Source: a virus
Taxonomy: Duplodnaviria; Caudoviricetes
Virus record (IMG/VR): IMGVR_UViG_3300025534_000026
Coordinates: 1-32,830 of that record
DNA: 32,830 nucleotides
Reading direction: 5' to 3' (one strand)
This document shows, piece after piece, positions 8,216 to 15,984 of the stretch; position 1 is the first letter of the stretch; each line of letters opens with the position of its first letter. The notes beneath the pieces were generated by a model. It did not search any database, had not been told where the DNA came from, and saw only the letters and a program-made list of their open reading frames with translations. The translations under genes and the position numbers were made by a program.

Positions 8216-8368
8216 TCACTCCACGAAAAGAGTTGCGCAAGCCCATCCACCGCAGGCTGACACCCAGCCCAGTGTTGCTAGTAGGGGTGCGCCGTTGACG
8301 GTCAGCAAGACAGCCAGGAAAAAACATATCGCGAAATTCAGGCTGCCTATCAGTTTCATCGAACTCAT
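8216..8368 (-). CDS. 50-aa membrane protein (two hydrophobic segments)
   Basis: ATGA-coupled to the ERF gene and fills the gap to the next gene; MSSMKLIGSLNFAICFFLAVLLTVNGAPLLATLGWVSACGGWACATLFVE. Confidence 0.6.
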   Translation of the reverse strand: MSSMKLIGSLNFAICFFLAVLLTVNGAPLLATLGWVSACGGWACATLFVE

Positions 8369-9096
8369 TCCGCAGCCTCAACGCTCATAAAGGCCATCAT
8401 CTTGTCTTCGTACTCGTGCTCGAGCACTTCCGCCCACCGATGCGGCATCTGCGCCCAATCGTCGGCGTAAACTTCCTTCAAGTGCATCAGGTGCTCGCGG
8501 TTGATCGCTTCTCTGATGGCCTTGCGGATTTCGTTAAATGTCTCGGTCGTTCCGTCACGCTTGGCGGCAGCGGAGGACTTGCGCTTGCCATTGCCGTTAA
8601 CGAGTGCGATTTGCGCTTCCTCTGTCTCAGCTTGTGGCAAGCTGTCTAGGTCCATATCCCCGGTTGGGATTTTGAACAGAGACCGCAGGAAAGCCTTTTC
8701 AGCGTAGCTCTGAGCTGCTTGATGCGTTTGCGGTCCGGTGATCTGAATAAACAGTGAGCGCTTTAGACTGTCATGCGTCCAAGTGGCATCTTCCGTGGCC
8801 AGGATAAATCCAAATTCTGCCTTGAGCCACTGGATGGTCTTCCCGTCCTTTTCGACGCGGACAATCTCGTGGTCGATCTCCAAAGGCACAATGGCTAAGC
8901 CGACTTCTCCCAGCTTCCGCGTGAGTGCGGCATAGATGTCGTCCGTGGAAGAGTAATTATATCCGCCGTGCAGGTTCTTCTGGCTCTTCCTGACGGCATC
9001 AAGCGATGCCTGAACAGCACAGATCGCCTTCACGATCGATGGCGGAATAGGTTGAATTGGTGATTGCGGTGCGCACCGCACGAGCCGAAAAGTCAT
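8365..9096 (-). CDS. erf: ERF-family single-strand annealing protein
   Basis: KNLHGGYNYSSTDDI and AAQSYAEKAFLRSLFKI motifs. Confidence 0.8.
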   Translation of the reverse strand: MTFRLVRCAPQSPIQPIPPSIVKAICAVQASLDAVRKSQKNLHGGYNYSSTDDIYAALTRKLGEVGLAIVPLEIDHEIVRVEKDGKTIQWLKAEFGFILATEDATWTHDSLKRSLFIQITGPQTHQAAQSYAEKAFLRSLFKIPTGDMDLDSLPQAETEEAQIALVNGNGKRKSSAAAKRDGTTETFNEIRKAIREAINREHLMHLKEVYADDWAQMPHRWAEVLEHEYEDKMMAFMSVEAAE

Positions 9097-9103
9097 ATCC
9101 CCC

Positions 9104-9364
9104 TCACTGGATTGCGCTCATCACACGTTCCGCGTGCTCAATTTGGCGCGCATTCCACTTCTCCATCGCGCGCCTTAAGGCGTACCGCTTGTCAGCTCCG
9201 GACCTCGCCCGCCAATGGCGCATGTAAATCTTCTTGTAATCAGGGTTCCTGATCTCCCACTGAATTTTCCTCACTGCGCGCGCCGGCACGCCAAGCTCGA
9301 TTACGATTTGCTCGACAGTCTGACCTGCCTTGAGCCTCTTACGTATTCCATCCGTACGCGTCAT
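9104..9364 (-). CDS. Small basic HTH-like protein
   Basis: LKAGQTVEQIVIELGVPARAVRKI. Confidence 0.6.
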   Translation of the reverse strand: MTRTDGIRKRLKAGQTVEQIVIELGVPARAVRKIQWEIRNPDYKKIYMRHWRARSGADKRYALRRAMEKWNARQIEHAERVMSAIQ

Positions 9365-9403
9365 GTTATTTTCAAGCTCCCACGATACGATCGCCCAATG
9401 TCG

Positions 9404-9526
9404 TCAATTCCCCGCTCCCATCACAATGGCCAGACCCACCCCGATGCCAACAGACAGTACCGAAAGAAGGATGGCGCTGATTGCCACCTTGATTCCGTAA
9501 TGCATTTCGATAGTCGTTCCGTGCAT
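9404..9526 (-). CDS. 40-aa single-TM protein
   Basis: AAGGA RBS; MHGTTIEMHYGIKVAISAILLSVLSVGIGVGLAIVMGAGN. Confidence 0.5.
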   Translation of the reverse strand: MHGTTIEMHYGIKVAISAILLSVLSVGIGVGLAIVMGAGN

Positions 9527-9573
9527 TGCTCATCGTCCTTTGTCTTTACGCACGCGACTGACCTCGATTTGGA

Positions 9574-9689
9574 TTTGGGCCGACCCATATCGACGGTGGC
9601 GCTTCCCCAGGGCCGGGTACTATCGGAGGAGCAGTCGGATAGCTCTCCCACCGGCACGAGCGTGTCCCTCTTTAACGCTCCGGCCCAAA
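9574..9689 (-). ncRNA. Candidate multibranch structured RNA
   Basis: Nested stems 9574-9582/9681-9689, 9658-9663/9675-9680, 9594-9599/9648-9653 and 9620-9624/9638-9642. Confidence 0.4.
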
Positions 9690-9693
9690 ACTG

Positions 9694-9951
9694 TTATTTC
9701 CTCTCAACGTACTGTTTTAGTCTATCGAGCGCTTCCAACACCCACTCTCTGCCTCCAAGGGGATTTTCTAGAGCCCGCTCGACCCAAACGAGTGCATTCC
9801 CAAATTTCTCATTCCGCCACGTCTCGGTCATTTCCTGCTCGAGCGCCTTTGGATCTTCGCTGCGTTTCTTCAGCCGCTTTAGGAGAGCCATGTGCAGCTC
9901 ATATGGCTCAGGCCTTTTGACGATCGGGAATAGGATGACGTTGCCGCTCAT
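9694..9951 (-). CDS. Hypothetical protein
   Basis: GGGG RBS; starts MSGNVILFP; 85 aa. Confidence 0.65.
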   Translation of the reverse strand: MSGNVILFPIVKRPEPYELHMALLKRLKKRSEDPKALEQEMTETWRNEKFGNALVWVERALENPLGGREWVLEALDRLKQYVERK

Positions 9952-9984
9952 TTCCCCACCCTTAGCTCTGGCTTATAGGCATGA

Positions 9985-10395
9985 TCACAGCACCGACTGG
10001 TGATAGATGGCTCGCTCGTTTTGCTCCCATGACGGCTCGTCGCTCGGGAACTCTTCGGCCATCTGGCGATCAACCTCGAAACGATGCTGGAATGTGTTCC
10101 AATCCCTCCAGATTGCGTCGACGATCCACTTGTGGGCCGGATCGGGATTTTTTGCGTCGAGCCGTAGCGTCCCTTCGATCTCTTTGCCGCTCGCAGTGAC
10201 TCCAGGGAGCTTCGTGATGTGGAACTCCTCGATGTACCACTCACCCAATTCATCGCGGTTGATGCAGGCGACGGCTTCGCAATCCTCCAGTTCCCCGAGG
10301 CACAGAGTTACGGTTTCTTCGTCCGGCCTCAGAGCAGGAACAGTGACGGTGATCGGGAGGACGAACCCGAATTTGTATTCGATATCGTAAGCCAT
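9985..10395 (-). CDS. Hypothetical acidic protein, first gene of the left early operon
   Basis: GAGG RBS; starts MAYDIEYKFG; 136 aa. Confidence 0.7.
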   Translation of the reverse strand: MAYDIEYKFGFVLPITVTVPALRPDEETVTLCLGELEDCEAVACINRDELGEWYIEEFHITKLPGVTASGKEIEGTLRLDAKNPDPAHKWIVDAIWRDWNTFQHRFEVDRQMAEEFPSDEPSWEQNERAIYHQSVL

Positions 10396-10602
10396 GCTCA
10401 GTGCCTCAGTGCGTTTCCTGCGGGACACCGGGGAGAGGGTTGTTAGCCGCTCTCCCCGCCCCGCTGCCTAGCCGTTGCCGGCCAGAAAGGGTTGATCGGG
10501 TGGCACCGGGGCTGGAGGGTGATTGATAAGGACGAGTGACTAGGGATCGGGGGTCTCGTCGGAGTGCCATCGGCCCGCTGCCCCGGCGCCGATGAGGACA
10601 GC

Positions 10603-10653
10603 AAATCACAACTTGTTATTTGGCGCAAGCAAAAAAATAACGGCCTGTTATTT
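10603..10653. promoter_or_regulatory. OL-like operator pair
   Basis: AAATCAC-N5-GTTATTT (10603-10621) and the perfect palindrome AAATAAC-N5-GTTATTT (10635-10653). Confidence 0.7.
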
Positions 10654-10713
10654 GGCGGGTGGATATGTGATCCACCCGCCACAGGTTTGATCATGGCAAA
10701 AATGTGATTGAAG

Positions 10714-11019
10714 CTAATAGGTCTCTGACCTAATCTTTTTGATGGCGACCAGCAACCTGTGAGGCAGTCCACTGGGGTCGCCGAGGTAGAGGTAGTCGAG
10801 CGTGAGTGAGTAGGCGTGACACAGTTTGATCGCCGCCTCGATCGTCAGGCGGCGCTTGCCAGTCTCAAACTGGCTGTATTGTGGCTGGCTAAGCCCAGCC
10901 CTTGCGGCGAACTCCTGTTGCTGAAGGCCGAGAGCCCGCCGAGCGAGACTGAGCCTACGCCCAACATCAACAGCAAGATCGCCCGTGTCGTCCGGGTCTA
11001 TAGCGACCGGCGTCGGCAC
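10714..11019 (-). CDS. CI-like XRE HTH repressor (no peptidase domain)
   Basis: LGLQQQEFAARAGLSQPQYSQFETGKR HTH; AAGGAGG RBS before GTG at 11019; divergent from the cro-like gene. Confidence 0.88.
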   Translation of the reverse strand: MPTPVAIDPDDTGDLAVDVGRRLSLARRALGLQQQEFAARAGLSQPQYSQFETGKRRLTIEAAIKLCHAYSLTLDYLYLGDPSGLPHRLLVAIKKIRSETY

Positions 11020-11030
11020 GTGCTCCTCCT

Positions 11031-11132
11031 TTATAACATGTCGCAATATGAAGGTGAGTTATGGAGTATCCACACAACTGTGGCAAATAACGGTTTGTGA
11101 TGCTTGACAAATATAACAAATTGCAATATGAG
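11031..11132. promoter_or_regulatory. OR-like operators and PR promoter
   Basis: ATAAC-N5-G(T/C)NAT sites at 11031-11049, 11085-11103 and 11111-11129; TTGACA (11104)-17-TATGAG. Confidence 0.7.
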
Positions 11133-11140
11133 CGGGGGCT

Positions 11141-11413
11141 ATGTACGACATCAACTCTATTGGTGAGCTCGTAGACGCCCTTGGGGGGGATACCAAGGTG
11201 GCGCAGTGGCTTGGGATTTCACAGCCAGCAGTGGCTGCTTGGAAGATCCGCAAGCACATCCCTACGGGCTGGCACGTCAGGCTTTTGGCCGAATTGAACA
11301 AGCGCGGGCTGAGCGTGAACCCGGAAGTGTTCGGACTATCCGAGGATGATGTCGGCCCTTTAGTCGGAATGTTCCGGGCACAACTGGCTCAGCCCGCAAT
11401 GGTGGTCAGCTGA
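11141..11413 (+). CDS. Cro-like HTH protein
   Basis: LVDALGGDTKVAQWLGISQPAVAAWK...IP pattern; divergent from cI. Confidence 0.85.
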   Translation: MYDINSIGELVDALGGDTKVAQWLGISQPAVAAWKIRKHIPTGWHVRLLAELNKRGLSVNPEVFGLSEDDVGPLVGMFRAQLAQPAMVVS

Positions 11414-11473
11414 GTTTCGGGCGTGGCGATCACCGCAACCTCCGGGAAGCCATCGTTACCGGAGCACGCCCAA

Positions 11474-11684
11474 GCCGGATGGGTCGGTGACAATCCGGCA
11501 AAGTTAGGTGGGAGCGCGAGTTCACGCGGTGTGAGTGCGGGGCCACGCCGGGCAAGTGGCAGTCGGCCAAACTGCACTCACGGCAACGCCGTCCGGGGCG
11601 CCGCGTGTTCGGTCCCCGACCTCCCTACTCACGGAGTGGGGGCCGCCAGCCGGGAGAGGAATTCACCGCGTAACCTCTCCCGGC
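11474..11684 (+). ncRNA. Candidate structured leader RNA downstream of cro
   Basis: Stems 11474-80/11493-99, 11523-30/11600-07, 11531-38/11574-81 and 11649-59/11674-84, within a ~415-bp gap that has no credible ORF. Confidence 0.45.
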
Positions 11685-11765
11685 ACCCTCCTTTCCGTAG
11701 CCAGCGTACCGGCGCGTTGAGTGCCTGCCCTTCCATGGGCGTTTCCTCCCGATGAAGCAGCCTCG

Positions 11766-11791
11766 GGGAGGCTTCGGCCTCCCTGCCTTTT
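11766..11791 (+). terminator. UUCG hairpin, possible tR1-like terminator
   Basis: GGGAGGC-TTCG-GCCTCCC followed by TGCCTTTT (imperfect U tract). Confidence 0.45.
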
Positions 11792-11828
11792 CCGGGAGGT
11801 CATCAGTCCCCAACTTGGGAGCGCACCA

Positions 11829-12863
11829 ATGCTCGAAAGCAAGTTCCTACGCACTATTTGCAAGATTGCGGGCACCCTTCTCACCCTGACATCCCTTTGG
11901 CTCACGGCCTGCTTCGGGCTGTCCATCAGCATCGGCATGATGCTTGGCCTTGGCGTCATCGCATTCATGTCTGCCTACCTGCCAGCCGTTCTGGTCGAGC
12001 TCTCGAGCACGCCCTACAGGAACGTATTCCGGGCCGGGATCGCTGTTGCGGCAATCGTCACGGTCATCGATATCACGACCAACGTCTCGACAGGCGGAAC
12101 GCATAAGACGTCTGATGTTGTGCAGGCGAAGGTCCAGAACATCAAGTTCGAAGACAAGCGCGATGCTGTGGCCTCGGCAAAAGAGGAAATAGCACTTTAC
12201 GAAAAGCTGATTTCGGATCTGACCAATCAGAACCCCTGGACAACGTCGGTATCCGCTGATGGCCTCCGTGGCCAAATCCAGCCTATGGAAGAGGCCATTC
12301 GCCAGGAGGCGCGCCGCGGTGGCTGCGGTCCAAAGTGCTTGGCTCTGAAGCAGGAGCTTGCCGAGCTCCACAATCGGATTGCTATAGCCGAGAAGCTGGA
12401 TGAGCACACAAAAAAGCTGCAGGCCGCGCGCAATGCTCTGAGCAACGCCATTGCGCAGGCTGAGAGCGTTGAGCAGGACGTCTCTGCCGTCGCGACGCAG
12501 AACTTCCGCCTTGCCTCACTCTTCACGCTGAGCCGCGATCCGGACGAAGGCGCGCAGCATTGGGTTGACCAATGGCTAACAGTGCTCTTCGGCGTCGGGA
12601 TCACCTTCGCGGCGCAATTCTTCAACGTGCTGGGATGGGTCTCTGATAGCCGCGGCATGGCCTTTATGGAGCGCTTCGCGGCGCCTCAGAGGCCGTCCGC
12701 GCCTCCAGTGGACCTGACGCCCCGGACGGTTCCGGCGCCGACTCCTGCCGTCTCAGAGCGCGTCGTGGAGCACCAGCCGACCATCTACCACATCAAGGGC
12801 GCTGACATCATGGACATGCTCCGCAGCTCAGCGCAGCGGGCAAGAGGAGCTTGCGCAGCTTGA
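11829..12863 (+). CDS. Membrane protein with long coiled-coil
   Basis: GGAG RBS; about 3 N-terminal TM helices, coiled-coil with GGCGPKC turn, one C-terminal TM, Pro-rich tail. Confidence 0.75.
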   Translation: MLESKFLRTICKIAGTLLTLTSLWLTACFGLSISIGMMLGLGVIAFMSAYLPAVLVELSSTPYRNVFRAGIAVAAIVTVIDITTNVSTGGTHKTSDVVQAKVQNIKFEDKRDAVASAKEEIALYEKLISDLTNQNPWTTSVSADGLRGQIQPMEEAIRQEARRGGCGPKCLALKQELAELHNRIAIAEKLDEHTKKLQAARNALSNAIAQAESVEQDVSAVATQNFRLASLFTLSRDPDEGAQHWVDQWLTVLFGVGITFAAQFFNVLGWVSDSRGMAFMERFAAPQRPSAPPVDLTPRTVPAPTPAVSERVVEHQPTIYHIKGADIMDMLRSSAQRARGACAA

Positions 12864-12946
12864 GGGGAAAGAATTGAGCCCGACCCTGGGCAGCGGATCG
12901 GGCTCTATGAGGCCAGAGCATTTTTAAGGTGAAGGTGCGACCTCCG

Positions 12947-13180
12947 ATGAGAGACATAGAAAAAGAACAGGACAAAAACAAGGCATGGAAGCGGTGCAAA
13001 CACGTAGTTTTGCACGCGCCATGTGGTCCCCTCCGCGGCGACATCCGGGACAAAGAGTTCATCGGATACCTGTTTGACCCGGACAACTACCCGCTTTCCG
13101 GTCCGTGGGTGCCGGTCATCCACCGCGACACCCTTCATATCGTCCATCCGATGTTCACTGCTTGTGAGGGCACGGCATGA
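12947..13180 (+). CDS. Hypothetical protein
   Basis: ATGA-coupled to the replication initiator gene. Confidence 0.5.
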   Translation: MRDIEKEQDKNKAWKRCKHVVLHAPCGPLRGDIRDKEFIGYLFDPDNYPLSGPWVPVIHRDTLHIVHPMFTACEGTA

Positions 13181-14070
13181 CTTGCTCGCGCTGGATTCGT
13201 GTTTGCGTCGATACGTTCGATCATCCATCCCTCAAAGGTGAGTTTGATCGCCGGTCGGCGTGGCTTTGGCTTATCGCGAATGCCGCCTGGAAAGATCACA
13301 AAACACGCACGCGCGGGGGCATTGTCGAAATAAAGCGCGGACAGGTTCTCGCTGGCTTGAAATTCCTGGCCGATACGTGGGGGTGGAGCATCAAAAGAGT
13401 GAGAACGTTCCTCGGCGAATTGGAGGCCGAAGGAATGATCGAAAGGGGGCAAACGAAAAACCAATATGCAGCAGTCGTAACTATTTGCAATTACGACAAA
13501 TATCAGACGCCAACTGAAACAGAGGCAACCGACGGGGCAAGCGAGGGGCAAGCGAGGGGCAAGCGAGGGGCAAGCGAGGGGCAACACAGTACAAAGGATA
13601 CAAGGGATATAAATAATATTCCCTCAGTAGCTACCGTTGTACCATTGGCCGCGCGCGCGGAAGCGGCTGCTGCTAAGCCGAAAATCGATTTCCGTGATCT
13701 CCACAGACGTCTGATCGAAGCTGGTGGAGATGCGCTCAACCGAACGAGCGCCAGCTTGGAAACCGTTTCCGACGTGATAGGCTGGATTGAGACCGGTGCC
13801 GATCTCGACCAGGACATTCTGCCCGTAATTCGGGCGAAGGCGGCACGTGCGCGGCCGCAGAGCATCCGCTCCTGGCAGTACTTCGCAACAGCCGTTGCCG
13901 AGGCCGTTGAGAAGCGCAAGCGCGGGCTACCGACAGTGGCGGAGCCGGAGGTCCAGCCCGTGTTCCGCGTATCTCCGGAAACAGTACGCTATGCCAAGCC
14001 GGCCCTTGACGATAGCTGGCTGCACGAGCTTCGCGCCAAAAACGAGCAGCGGAGGGCGGCCACATGCTGA
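13177..14070 (+). CDS. Phage replication initiator (lambda O analogue)
   Basis: AWLWLI...RGQ...LADTWGWS..RVRTFL..L...GMI...VTICNYDKYQ; internal iterons; directly upstream of dnaB. Confidence 0.8.
   Translation: MTCSRWIRVCVDTFDHPSLKGEFDRRSAWLWLIANAAWKDHKTRTRGGIVEIKRGQVLAGLKFLADTWGWSIKRVRTFLGELEAEGMIERGQTKNQYAAVVTICNYDKYQTPTETEATDGASEGQARGKRGASEGQHSTKDTRDINNIPSVATVVPLAARAEAAAAKPKIDFRDLHRRLIEAGGDALNRTSASLETVSDVIGWIETGADLDQDILPVIRAKAARARPQSIRSWQYFATAVAEAVEKRKRGLPTVAEPEVQPVFRVSPETVRYAKPALDDSWLHELRAKNEQRRAATC
13534..13623 (+). repeat. Replication origin: 11-bp iterons plus AT-rich tract
   Basis: GGGGCAAGCGA x4 (13534-13577) plus a partial fifth copy, then GGGATATAAATAATATTCCC. Confidence 0.8.
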
Positions 14071-15479
14071 AGCTGGTCGAGCCGTCCTATTCCGAGCCGC
14101 CGCACGACATCGAAGTCGAGCAGGCGATCCTCGCTAAGATCCTGATCGATAACGCCAGCATGGACGCATTCGCGCGGATCACGCCGGCCGATTTCTACGA
14201 TCCCGTGCATCAGGCGCTGTTCGAAGCCATGGCCAATCAGTGGGCCGAAAAGCGGGCGATCAACCTCGGCACGCTCAAGGCGGTTCTTTCCAACCTGCCG
14301 AACATCACGCCGACCGTCACGCCGATCGAGTACATCCGCCGCCTGACGACCTACGGCGATACGCGCAACATATCCGACTTGGCGGTGACGCTGCTTGAGC
14401 TGTCGAACAGGCGGCGCCTTGTTGACACGGCGGCAAAGCTTGACGCTGCCGCCCGCCAACGCGGCGTCAAGGTCACTGACGCGGCCAACTTGGCCGTGTC
14501 GGCACTGGACGAGGTTCTGAGCCATGCCCGGCCGGGCCGCCCGACACGCAGCAGGTTGGCCGATGCGTTCCGGGAGACCATCGACGCGCTGATCAACGAC
14601 GACGGGTCTGAACGCATTTCGACCGGGCTGGCGGCTCTCGATGATGCCCTCGGCGGATGGCGGCGCAAGCAGTACGCGATCCTCGCCGGCAGGCCATCCA
14701 TGGGCAAGACAGCGGTTGCGACATCGGCAATGCTGCGCACGGCCATGTCCGGCGTCGGCGTGCTGTACTTCTCGCTCGAAATGCCGACCACGGCACTTGC
14801 CGCGCGGTGCCTTTCTGACCTTGCCTGGAGCCCAGACCGCCAGGTTCCCTATGCGGCGGTGCTCTCCAACAATCTCACCGATCATCAGCACAGGCTGATT
14901 GGTGAGGTCGCAGCGCATTGGGCGACGCTCCCTGTCACAATCGACGATCAGCGCGGGCTAAGCATGGCGGAAATCGCCGCCAGGACGCGCGCAGAGGCGC
15001 AACGCTTCGAGCGTGAGGGCAAGACCCTTGGACTCGTCATTATCGACCACCTCGGCCTTGTGAGGCCGTCTGGACGCTACGCCGGGAACAAGGTGCAGGA
15101 GACGGGAGAAATCTCCGATGCCCTAGCAACACTGGCCAAGGACCAGAACGTCGCCGTGGTTGCCCTCCACCAGCTCAACCGCGGCACGGAAGGCCGTGAC
15201 AACAAGCGGCCTACGCTCGCCGATCTGCGTAACTCTGGCGATCTCGAGCAGGACGCAGACGTGGTGTGCTTCTGCTACCGCGAAGCCTACTACCTAGAAC
15301 GCATGAAATACGACGCCGGCAGCCAGCAGGAATTGCAGCGCCAGGCCGAGCTCGAGGCGTGCCGGAACACCCTGGAAATCCTGATCGCGAAGAACCGGAA
15401 CGGCCCGACGAAATCCGTGACGCTGTTCTGCGACATGGCCTCGAACGTCATCCGCGACCTTGCCCGGGAAAGGAGCTGA
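14064..15479 (+). CDS. dnaB: Replicative DNA helicase, DnaB family
   Basis: PPHDIEVEQAIL, AGRPSMGKT, FSLEM, IIDHL, QLNR, DLRNSGDLEQDAD, IAKNRNGP. Confidence 0.96.
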   Translation: MLKLVEPSYSEPPHDIEVEQAILAKILIDNASMDAFARITPADFYDPVHQALFEAMANQWAEKRAINLGTLKAVLSNLPNITPTVTPIEYIRRLTTYGDTRNISDLAVTLLELSNRRRLVDTAAKLDAAARQRGVKVTDAANLAVSALDEVLSHARPGRPTRSRLADAFRETIDALINDDGSERISTGLAALDDALGGWRRKQYAILAGRPSMGKTAVATSAMLRTAMSGVGVLYFSLEMPTTALAARCLSDLAWSPDRQVPYAAVLSNNLTDHQHRLIGEVAAHWATLPVTIDDQRGLSMAEIAARTRAEAQRFEREGKTLGLVIIDHLGLVRPSGRYAGNKVQETGEISDALATLAKDQNVAVVALHQLNRGTEGRDNKRPTLADLRNSGDLEQDADVVCFCYREAYYLERMKYDAGSQQELQRQAELEACRNTLEILIAKNRNGPTKSVTLFCDMASNVIRDLARERS

Positions 15480-15481
15480 GA

Positions 15482-15631
15482 ATGCGCATCTACAATGGCT
15501 TCCGTGTGAGCATCAATCCGCAATTGCCACCTCGCACGTGGCGGCTGATCGGCCCCCGTTCGCTCGAATGCTCTGCCGACCTAGCGAAAGAACTCGCGGG
15601 GCTCAAGCAGGATAAGGCGAAGGCCTCCTGA
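15482..15631 (+). CDS. 49-aa hypothetical protein
   Basis: AAGGAG RBS; TGATG coupling to the next gene. Confidence 0.5.
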   Translation: MRIYNGFRVSINPQLPPRTWRLIGPRSLECSADLAKELAGLKQDKAKAS

Positions 15632-15834
15632 TGTCCCAGAGAGACAGCGGATACGCCCGCAAATCCGACCGCATCATCGACCGCTACTGGATAGGGATGA
15701 TCGAGGCCTACAAGGCCCGTTACCCAACAATCACCGATTTGATCCGCCGCGGCTACTCAGCCGAGAGGATAGCTGAGCTGGCCGGCTGCGAGGTGTGGGT
15801 GCCGAAGATGATCAAATACAGCGGGAGGTTTTGA
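15631..15834 (+). CDS. Small protein with C-terminal HTH-like segment
   Basis: LIRRGYSAERIAELAGC. Confidence 0.55.
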   Translation: MSQRDSGYARKSDRIIDRYWIGMIEAYKARYPTITDLIRRGYSAERIAELAGCEVWVPKMIKYSGRF

Positions 15835-15984
15835 AATGACGTGGATCTTGTTTTTGCCGTCTGCTCGCAGAAGGACGCCGCATGAACCTCCTAGCCGCCA
15901 TCGCTCTCCATGAAGCCGCAGGCCACACCAAAACGCCAGTAGACAATGATCGCCTACGAGACCTCATCAGAAAGGCCGAGAGAT

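Noticed and set aside
13534-13585. CRISPR array
   Set aside because: Contiguous 11-bp repeats with no spacers, inside a replication gene; these are iterons.
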